Part shown: positions 19,688-27,340 of the stretch, in pieces
How positions within the stretch are numbered: position 1 is the first letter of the stretch
Layout of the letters: every line of letters begins with the position of its first letter
Assembly (NCBI GenBank): GCA_963741955.1
Contig: CAVUKB010000005.1
Location: 640,001 to 704,000 of the forward strand
Direction of reading: 5' to 3'
Source of the DNA: an uncultured Acidobacteriota bacterium
GTDB taxonomy: Bacteria > Acidobacteriota > Thermoanaerobaculia > Gp7-AA8
Length of the DNA: 64,000 bases
The notes under the pieces: model-generated
Told to the model about the DNA's origin: nothing
Seen by the model: only the letters and a program-made list of their open reading frames with translations
Database searches by the model: none
Made by a program: the position numbers and the translations under genes

Positions 19688-22516
19688 ATGAGACGAGGAT
19701 TGAAGGTATTCCTTTTCGCAATGCTCGTGGGAGCGATCGCATTGTCCGCGTTCGGTCAGGCGACGACGGCGACGATCCACGGGAAGGTCACCAACGACCA
19801 GGGCCAGGCCCTCGCCAACGCCGAAGTCGACGCGGTCGGAACTCAGACCGGCATCGTGGTCACGGCGAAGAGCGGGAACGACGGGCGGTTCAAGCTCAAC
19901 GGAATCAAACCGGGACCGATCAACCTGGTGGTCTCCGCACCCGGGTTCGAGCCGAAGTCCCAGACCCTGACCGTACTCCTCGGCCAGGACCTGGAGGCCA
20001 ACTTCGTCCTCAGCGCAGGCGGCGTCTACACCGAGGCCATCACCGTGGTCGGCAATCAGGCGGTGGAGATGAGGACTGCGGAGGCTGCGACCAACGTCAG
20101 CCCTCAGCAGCTCGAAAGTCTGCCGCAGGATGATCGCAACTTTCTGCGATTCGCAGAGCTGGCCCCCGGCATCCGGATGTCGAACAACCCCGAACGGAAG
20201 GTCATCGCAGGCGATGCACAGGACCCCGAACAGACGAATATCTTCATCGACGGGGTGAGCTTCAAGAACGACGTATTGCAGGGTGGTGCGGTCGGACAGG
20301 ATGCATCCCGCGGCAACCCCTTCCCGCAGAGTGCAGTGCAGGAGTTCCGGGTCATCACCCAGAACTACAGCGCGCAATACCAGAAGGCCTCGAGCGCGAT
20401 CATCACCGCGGTCACCAAGTCCGGCGGCAACGACATCGACGGCGAGGCGTTCGTCTTCTACCAGCCCGAAGCGTGGGTCAGTACCCTGGAGAAGAATTTC
20501 CAGTACGCCAGTCTCACATCGAACCCCGACTACCGACGGTATCAGCCGGGCTTTTCCATCGGCGGCCCGATCATTCGCGATCAGCTCCACTATTTCCTTT
20601 CCTATGAAGCCGACGACGAGCATGCGACCCGTCAGGTGGCCATCGGCAACCCCGGCCAGTACGGATCGCAATTCGGCCAGTATGCCGGCGTCTTCGACAG
20701 TCCCTTCAAGTCGAACCTCGGATTCGGAAAAGTGACCTGGCAGCCGGTGCCGAACCAGATCGTCGACTTCAGCGCCAATTACCGGCGCGAACATGAAGTC
20801 CGCGACTTCGGCGGCCAGACGTCGTATCAGTCCGCCACCGATCTGCGCAACTGGGTCTATGGCGGCACCGTCCGGCATCAGTGGAACAATGCGGAGTCTC
20901 TCAACCAGGCAAGCCTCAGCTATCAGAAGTACGGCTGGAACCCGACCCCTCTCAATCCGGACATGGTCGGCCTCAATTACGAGGGAGTGATCCGGCTGGG
21001 CGGCAACAGCACGACACAGAAATTCGATCAGCGACGGATCGAGCTTCGCGACGACTACACCTTCCCGACCATCACTGCCGCGGGCGATCACAGCATCCAG
21101 GCGGGTTTCACTACCGACTTCATGCATTACCGGGTCGACAAGAGCCTCTTCGGCAACCCGCAGTACAACTTCCGGGTCGATCCGAACAACGGCCTGACCT
21201 TCGAGCAGCCGTACGAAGCTCAGTTCGGATTCGGCAATCCGGTCCTCTCCACCAGCAACAACGAGTACGGCATCTACGGCCAGGATTCCTGGACCGTCAA
21301 CGACCGTCTCAACCTGAACCTCGGCGTCCGCTGGGACTACGAGACGCAGATGCTCGACCAGAACTACGTCACGCCCGCGAACATCGTCGCGGGTCTGACC
21401 GGGAAGATCGATTCGAACTACTTCTCGAACGGGAGTCAGCGTTCCGGATACAAGGGAGAGATTCAACCGCGACTCGCGTTCACGTACGACCTCACCGGAA
21501 AGGGACAATCGATCATCTTCGGCGGCGCGGGCCGCTACTACGATCGTCTCTTCCTCAACGCCACTCTCGATGAGCGGTACAGGCTGCAGTACCCGGTATA
21601 CCGGATCGAATTCTCCCCGAACGGCGAACCGCGCGACGGCGGTGCGACCATCATGTGGGATCCTGCTTACTTCACCCGCGCGGGACTCAATCAGCTGATC
21701 GCGTCAGGGCAGGCCAACCCGGAGATCTACCTCCTCAACAACGACACCAAGCCTCCCTACTCGAATCAGTGGAACCTCGGATTCCGGCAGTCGTTAGGCT
21801 CGTGGGTCGGCTCGATCAGTTACAACGCCGTCCGCGGCTACCGCGGATTCACCTGGCTCTCGGCGACCGGAATCTGCTGCTCCGCGCTCGTCCCGGGCTA
21901 CGGCAACGTGATCATCTCCGACCCGAACGGAAAACGTCACTGGTACGACGGGGTCTTTCTCACCCTCGACCGGCCTTACACCTCCTCGGATCGCTGGGGC
22001 GCGCACGTCGCGTGGACGCATGCGAAGGCGACCCAGAACGGCAACGACCTCTTCAGTCTCGATTACCCGAGCGCTGCCGCCTATCCGCGGCACGAAGTTC
22101 CCGGCTCTCAACGTGACAACATCGTCCTGAGCGGCATCGTCGGGCTTCCGTGGGATGTCCGCGTCAGCACCGTCGCTCAGTTCGGAACCGGCGGGGCGTA
22201 CAACGTGCTCGACTTCTCTCAGGGTTTCAGTCTGGAGAACCGGCTCGCGACGCACCCCTTCAAGAACTCGATCCGTCCTCCGAAGACGTGGGGATTCGCG
22301 GAAAGGAATGTCGACTTCAGCCTGGAGAAGGCGTTCCCGGTCGGAGGCGGCGCGTCCATCGGCCTCGTCGCACAGATCTTCAACGCGTTCAACTGGGCCA
22401 ACTACGGCTGTCTCGACAACTTCATTCCGCCCGAAGGAAACCCGAATCTCGGAAACCCGAACTGCGTCATCAATCTCGGCCGGCGCGAGCAGGTAGGACT
22501 CCGTGTGAAGTTCTGA
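19688..22516 (+). CDS. TonB-dependent receptor (Oar-like, N-terminal carboxypeptidase-regulatory-like domain)
   Basis: Signal peptide, AVQEFRVIT, TKSG.N, YGQDSW.VNDRL.LNLGVRWDY, C-terminal Phe. Confidence 0.9.
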   Translation: MRRGLKVFLFAMLVGAIALSAFGQATTATIHGKVTNDQGQALANAEVDAVGTQTGIVVTAKSGNDGRFKLNGIKPGPINLVVSAPGFEPKSQTLTVLLGQDLEANFVLSAGGVYTEAITVVGNQAVEMRTAEAATNVSPQQLESLPQDDRNFLRFAELAPGIRMSNNPERKVIAGDAQDPEQTNIFIDGVSFKNDVLQGGAVGQDASRGNPFPQSAVQEFRVITQNYSAQYQKASSAIITAVTKSGGNDIDGEAFVFYQPEAWVSTLEKNFQYASLTSNPDYRRYQPGFSIGGPIIRDQLHYFLSYEADDEHATRQVAIGNPGQYGSQFGQYAGVFDSPFKSNLGFGKVTWQPVPNQIVDFSANYRREHEVRDFGGQTSYQSATDLRNWVYGGTVRHQWNNAESLNQASLSYQKYGWNPTPLNPDMVGLNYEGVIRLGGNSTTQKFDQRRIELRDDYTFPTITAAGDHSIQAGFTTDFMHYRVDKSLFGNPQYNFRVDPNNGLTFEQPYEAQFGFGNPVLSTSNNEYGIYGQDSWTVNDRLNLNLGVRWDYETQMLDQNYVTPANIVAGLTGKIDSNYFSNGSQRSGYKGEIQPRLAFTYDLTGKGQSIIFGGAGRYYDRLFLNATLDERYRLQYPVYRIEFSPNGEPRDGGATIMWDPAYFTRAGLNQLIASGQANPEIYLLNNDTKPPYSNQWNLGFRQSLGSWVGSISYNAVRGYRGFTWLSATGICCSALVPGYGNVIISDPNGKRHWYDGVFLTLDRPYTSSDRWGAHVAWTHAKATQNGNDLFSLDYPSAAAYPRHEVPGSQRDNIVLSGIVGLPWDVRVSTVAQFGTGGAYNVLDFSQGFSLENRLATHPFKNSIRPPKTWGFAERNVDFSLEKAFPVGGGASIGLVAQIFNAFNWANYGCLDNFIPPEGNPNLGNPNCVINLGRREQVGLRVKF

Positions 22517-22528
22517 ATCGAGGCCAAC

Positions 22529-22553
22529 GGGGCGGGTTCGCCGGACCCGCCCC
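22529..22553 (+). terminator. GC-rich intercistronic hairpin (mRNA stabiliser or weak terminator)
   Basis: GGGGCGGGTTC-GCC-GGACCCGCCCC with no U-tract. Confidence 0.45.
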
Positions 22554-22627
22554 ACCCGGTTGGCGCGCGCTGATCTGGTGAATCATCCGGGACCCGTTTC
22601 TGCATTCGTCGTATCCTCATCCCGAGA

Positions 22628-24085
22628 ATGAAAATGCGCAGACTCGCGGTACTCCTCACTCTCCTGACTCTCGGGTCAGCGTGTGTCGCTCCCCAGGTAC
22701 CTGCGGCCTCTCCTTCGCAGCAGGTCACCGCAACCGGATCCCACCGCCACACCGTAAAGTTTCCCGTCACCGATCCGCTCCTCGAAGACATCGAGCAGCG
22801 GACGTTTCACTTCTTCTGGGATCTCGCCGATCCGAATACGTATCTGATCCCGGACCGCGCGCCGGCGCACTCGTTCTCCAGCATCGCCGCAGTCGGCTTC
22901 GGGCTGACCGCATATGGTATCGGCGCCGAGCGCGGATACGTCACCCGCCAGGAGGCAGCGGAAAGAACTCTCGCCACACTTCGGTCGCTTCTCTCGATGA
23001 AACAGGGGCCGGAAGCGCGTGGCGTCTCCGGCTATCACGGCTTCTACTACCACTTCCTCGACATGGAGACGGCCGAGCGCTTTCAGACCGTCGAGCTCTC
23101 GACCGTCGACACGTCGCTCCTCATGGCCGGAGTCCTTTTCGCCCAGTCGTACTTCGACCGGGATGATCCGACCGAAGCCGCGATCCGGGACCTGTCCGAA
23201 CAGCTCTACGAGCGGGTCGACTGGACGTGGGAGCAGCCGCGGGCCCCCGCCATCAGCATGGGGTGGACTCCCGAAGAGGGCTTCCATACCTACGACTGGC
23301 ACGGCTACAACGAAGCGATGATCGTGATCATCCTGGCGCTCGGATCGCCCACTCATCCGGTGACGCCGGACGCCTGGGACGCATACACGAGCACGTACCG
23401 CTGGGGCGACTTCTACGGACAACACTATCTACTCTTCGCGCCGCTCTTCGGCTACCAGTACTCGCACGTCTGGATCGACTTCCGCGGAATCGAGGACGCG
23501 CCGATGCGCGCGCACGGAATCGATTACTTCGAAAACTCGCGTCGCGCCACGCTCGCGCAACAGGCCTATGCGATCGACAATCCCGGCGAATGGCGCGACT
23601 ACCGCGAGAATGTCTGGGGACTCACCGCGTGTGACGGTCCGATGGATGCGACAGTGACCATCGATGGCCGTCCGCGAACGTTTCATGCGTACGCGGCTCG
23701 AGGGGCGACCGGGGGCGACATCGGGGATGACGGAACGATCGCCCCGACCGCGGCCATCTCTTCGATCGTCTTCACCCCCGCGATCTCCACTGCCGCCGCG
23801 CACGCGATGCACGACCGGTACGGCAGCGATCTCTATTCGACATACGGCTTTCTCGACGCCTTCAACCCGACCTTGCGCAGCGCGCCCCATCTCTCCAACG
23901 GCCGCATCGATCCCGAGCTCGGATGGTTCGACACCGACTACCTCGGCATCGACCAGGGACCGATCATCGCGATGATCGAGAACCATCGCTCGGGCCTGGT
24001 GTGGAAGACGATGAAGAAGAATCCGCACATCGTGCGCGGACTGCAGCGTGCGGGCTTCACCGGCGGATGGCTCGAGGCGAAGTGA
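22628..24085 (+). CDS. Glucoamylase-family / GH144-like endo-beta-1,2-glucanase, probably exported (possible lipoprotein)
   Basis: SSIAAVGFGL, GFYYHFLD, ELSTVDT, GYNEAM, WGLTACDGP, DGTIAPTA, YGFLDAFN, GIDQGPI. Confidence 0.8.
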   Translation: MKMRRLAVLLTLLTLGSACVAPQVPAASPSQQVTATGSHRHTVKFPVTDPLLEDIEQRTFHFFWDLADPNTYLIPDRAPAHSFSSIAAVGFGLTAYGIGAERGYVTRQEAAERTLATLRSLLSMKQGPEARGVSGYHGFYYHFLDMETAERFQTVELSTVDTSLLMAGVLFAQSYFDRDDPTEAAIRDLSEQLYERVDWTWEQPRAPAISMGWTPEEGFHTYDWHGYNEAMIVIILALGSPTHPVTPDAWDAYTSTYRWGDFYGQHYLLFAPLFGYQYSHVWIDFRGIEDAPMRAHGIDYFENSRRATLAQQAYAIDNPGEWRDYRENVWGLTACDGPMDATVTIDGRPRTFHAYAARGATGGDIGDDGTIAPTAAISSIVFTPAISTAAAHAMHDRYGSDLYSTYGFLDAFNPTLRSAPHLSNGRIDPELGWFDTDYLGIDQGPIIAMIENHRSGLVWKTMKKNPHIVRGLQRAGFTGGWLEAK

Positions 24086-25653
24086 TGCGCCGCGCGCCGT
24101 TCCAAATCGCGCGCCGCTCGCCGAGGAGTGCGGACTCGCAGACCGCCTCGAAGATCGTGTTCGACGCGCGGAAGACCGCGCTCGCGGCCACGCGCGGAGC
24201 GTCGGTGGTGCGATCGTCCCGATCGCACGAACGCTCCGCTTCTGCCAACGGCATCCTCTCGATCCGCGCCGAACGCGATTCGCGCGGCGGATTGAAAATC
24301 CGCACTCCATTCCACTTCGCGCGCAGCGCAACGCGCGTGAAAATCCGCATTCCACGGCGCGGCACACGTCTCCTCCGCAGCATTCTCTCCTTTCTCCTCG
24401 CCCCGCTGGCGCTCGCCGCGCTCCTCTCCTGCTCCGCACCCGCGGCGGAAACGCGGGAGACGGTCGAGTTCTGGGGGCTCGGCCGCGAAGGGGAAGTCGT
24501 CGCACAGATGATCCCGGAGTTCGAGAAACGCAATCCCGGCATCCACGTCATCGTGCAGCAGATTCCGTGGACCGCGGCACACGAGAAGTTTCTCACCGCA
24601 TGGGTGGGCGAGTCGGCCCCCGACGTCGCACAGATGGGGAACACCTGGATTCCGGAGATGGTCGCCCTCCACGCGGTCGACGATCTGACCGCATTTGCGG
24701 CCGGCTCGAAGAGCATCGACGAACGTGATTACTTCCCCGGCATCTGGGCCACGAATGTCGTCGACGGAACGTTGTACGGCGTGCCGTGGTACGTCGACAC
24801 GCGGGTCCTCTTCTACCGCAGCGACATACTCGCCAGCGTCGGCTACACCAGGCCTCCGCAGACGTGGGACGAGTGGGTCGATGCGATGACCCGGATCACG
24901 AAGGAGAAGAAGGCGAAGTTCGGAATTCTCCTCCCGACCAATGAGTGGGAGCCTCTGGTCTGTCTCGCCCTCACCGACCACTCCACCCTCCTGAACGGAG
25001 GAGGAACCGCGGGGGCGTTCGAGCAGCCTCCGTTCCGGGACGCGTTCACGTTCTACATCAGCCTCTTCCGGCGCGGCCTCGCACCGAAAGTGAACAACCT
25101 GCAGGTTGCGAATCTCTATCAGCAGTTCGCCCGGGGTGACTTCGCGATGTACATCACCGGGCCATGGAACGTCGGCGAGTTCCGCCGCCGTCTTCCTCCT
25201 TCGATGAACGGGAAGTGGGCGACCGCTCCTCTTCCGGCACGCAACGCGGCGTCGCAGACGGGCATCTCGATGGCAGGCGGCTCGAGTCTGGTTCTCTTCC
25301 GCTCGTCGCATCACACCGCGGCGGCCAGGAAGCTGATCGAGTTCCTCTCCGAGCCCGCGCAGCAGATCCGGTTTTACGAGCTGACCGGAGATCTTCCCGC
25401 CCGGCGGAGCGCCTGGCGCTCGCCTTCTCTCGCCGGCGATCCGCATTTCCCTGCGTTCCGGATTCAGCTCGAGCGCGTCGAGCCGCTGCCGAAGGTCCCG
25501 GAGTGGGAGCAGATCGCGACGCAGATCTACCAGCATGGAGAGGCGACCGTCCGCGGAGCGACGACGATCGATCAGTCGCTCGCGGACCTCGACCGGAAGA
25601 GCGGAGAGATTCTCGCGAAGCGCCGCTGGGTACTCGCGCACGAGGGACGATGA
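24085..25653 (+). CDS. Sugar ABC transporter substrate-binding lipoprotein (start uncertain: ATG 24085 or GTG 24337)
   Basis: LLSC lipobox, VQQIPWTAAHEK, PDVAQMGNTW, GVPWYVDTR; TGATG coupling at 24085; N-terminal region contains REP palindromes. Confidence 0.88.
   Translation: MRRAPFQIARRSPRSADSQTASKIVFDARKTALAATRGASVVRSSRSHERSASANGILSIRAERDSRGGLKIRTPFHFARSATRVKIRIPRRGTRLLRSILSFLLAPLALAALLSCSAPAAETRETVEFWGLGREGEVVAQMIPEFEKRNPGIHVIVQQIPWTAAHEKFLTAWVGESAPDVAQMGNTWIPEMVALHAVDDLTAFAAGSKSIDERDYFPGIWATNVVDGTLYGVPWYVDTRVLFYRSDILASVGYTRPPQTWDEWVDAMTRITKEKKAKFGILLPTNEWEPLVCLALTDHSTLLNGGGTAGAFEQPPFRDAFTFYISLFRRGLAPKVNNLQVANLYQQFARGDFAMYITGPWNVGEFRRRLPPSMNGKWATAPLPARNAASQTGISMAGGSSLVLFRSSHHTAAARKLIEFLSEPAQQIRFYELTGDLPARRSAWRSPSLAGDPHFPAFRIQLERVEPLPKVPEWEQIATQIYQHGEATVRGATTIDQSLADLDRKSGEILAKRRWVLAHEGR
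24125..24353. repeat. Nested REP-like palindromes
   Basis: GGAGTGCGGA.. (24125) and ..AATCCGCACTCC (24308) inverted pair enclosing GTGGTGCGATCGTCCCGATCGCA (24205-24227); partial extra copy to 24353. Confidence 0.75.
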
Positions 25654-26522
25654 GAAGCGAAGCCCGAGCCGCTGCACTCTTTCTCTCGCCGGCACTCGCC
25701 GTCCTGGTGATCTTCTTCTTCCTTCCGGTGATCGCCGGCTTCGCCCTCAGCCTCACCGATTTCGATCTCTACGCGCTCGGCAACATCCACAACGTCCGCT
25801 TCGTCGCGCTGGCGAACTATCGCGCCCTGCTGACCGAACCGATCTTCTGGACCGCGTTCTTCAACACTCTCTACTTCTCGCTCATCGGCGGACCGCTCAC
25901 CGTCGCGGTCTCGCTCACCGCCGCGCTGCTGGTGAACGCGAAAACCGCGAGGTTCAAGCCGCTCTTCCGCACCGTTTTCTTCGCGCCGGTGGTGACCACG
26001 CTCGTCGCGGTGGCAGTGGTCTTCCGGTATCTCTACCATCCGCAGTTCGGCATGATCGACCGCGCGCTGGTCTCGATCGGGCTTCCGGCGGTCGACTGGC
26101 TCGGCGACCCGCGATGGGCGATGCCCGCGGTGATCCTCCTCGCGGTCTGGAAGAACTTCGGCTACAACATGATCATCTTCGTGGCGGGACTGCAGACCAT
26201 CCCCGAGGATCTGTACGAGGCGGCGAGGATCGACGGGGCGGGCGCGTGGAAACAGTTCCGGCACGTCACCCTCCCTATGCTCGGGCCGACGTTCCTCTTC
26301 GTCGGGATCGTCACCGCGATCGGCTATCTCCAGCTCTTCGCCGAGCCGTACGTGATGACGCACGGAGGTCCGCTGAACCGGACCCTCTCCGCGGTGATGT
26401 TCATGTACGAGCAGGGGTTCCGCTGGTGGAGGATGGGATATGCCGCGGCAATCGCGTTTCTCCTCTTCCTGGTGATCGCGGCGGCGACGGCGCTGCAGAT
26501 GCGCTTTCAGGAGAAGCGATGA
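25650..26522 (+). CDS. Carbohydrate ABC transporter permease
   Basis: WKNFGYNMIIF.AGLQ.IP..LYEAARIDGA (EAA motif); ATGA coupling. Confidence 0.95.
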   Translation: MRSEARAAALFLSPALAVLVIFFFLPVIAGFALSLTDFDLYALGNIHNVRFVALANYRALLTEPIFWTAFFNTLYFSLIGGPLTVAVSLTAALLVNAKTARFKPLFRTVFFAPVVTTLVAVAVVFRYLYHPQFGMIDRALVSIGLPAVDWLGDPRWAMPAVILLAVWKNFGYNMIIFVAGLQTIPEDLYEAARIDGAGAWKQFRHVTLPMLGPTFLFVGIVTAIGYLQLFAEPYVMTHGGPLNRTLSAVMFMYEQGFRWWRMGYAAAIAFLLFLVIAAATALQMRFQEKR

Positions 26523-27340
26523 CCAGGCCGGCTCGATCGATCCTTCTGCACGCGGCCCTCGTCGTGACGGGAGCGGTCACCCTCTTTCCCCTCTTCTGGA
26601 TGATCGCCGCATCATTCATGTCGAGCGGCGAGGCGACGATGTTCCCCCCGCACGTGCTCCCGCATGCCCCGACGCTCGTGCAATACCACGCGCTCTTCGA
26701 GCGGCTCAACGTCGGCCGGGCATTCCTCAGCAGCACCATCATCTCCGTCACCGTCACACTCGTCTCGCTCCTCTTCAACTCCATGGCGGGCTACGCATTC
26801 GCGAAGCTCCGCTTCCACGGACGGGAGCGGATGTTCGGACTCCTTCTCGCCGCGCTGGTGATTCCGGCGCAGGTCGGGATGCTTCCGCTGTTTCTGCTCA
26901 TGAAGTCACTTCATCTCGTGAATACCTACTGGGGCGTGATCATCCCGTCGCTCGCCAGCGTCTTCGGGATCTTCCTCATCCGGCAGTTCATGCTCTCGAT
27001 CCCGCAGGAGCTCCTCGAAGCGGCACGCATCGACGGAGCGGGCGAGCTCCGGATCTACTGGTCGCTGATCATGCCGCTCGCGCGCCCGATCCTCGCCACC
27101 CTCGCGATCTTCACTTTCATGACCACATGGAACGACTTCATGTGGCCGTTGATCGTGCTCACCGATCAGTCTCACTACACCCTCCCCGTCTCGATTGCGA
27201 GCCTCGTCGGCGAGCACGCACAGGACGTCGAGCTGATGATGGCCGGATCGGTCGTGACGGTACTCCCGGTGCTCATCCTCTTCCTCGTGCTCCAGCGCTA
27301 CTACATCGCAGGGCTGATGGTGGGAAGCGTGAAGGGATGA
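26519..27340 (+). CDS. Carbohydrate ABC transporter permease
   Basis: MAGYAFAK, IPQELLEAARIDGA, WNDFMWPL, GSVKG. Confidence 0.95.
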   Translation: MTRPARSILLHAALVVTGAVTLFPLFWMIAASFMSSGEATMFPPHVLPHAPTLVQYHALFERLNVGRAFLSSTIISVTVTLVSLLFNSMAGYAFAKLRFHGRERMFGLLLAALVIPAQVGMLPLFLLMKSLHLVNTYWGVIIPSLASVFGIFLIRQFMLSIPQELLEAARIDGAGELRIYWSLIMPLARPILATLAIFTFMTTWNDFMWPLIVLTDQSHYTLPVSIASLVGEHAQDVELMMAGSVVTVLPVLILFLVLQRYYIAGLMVGSVKG

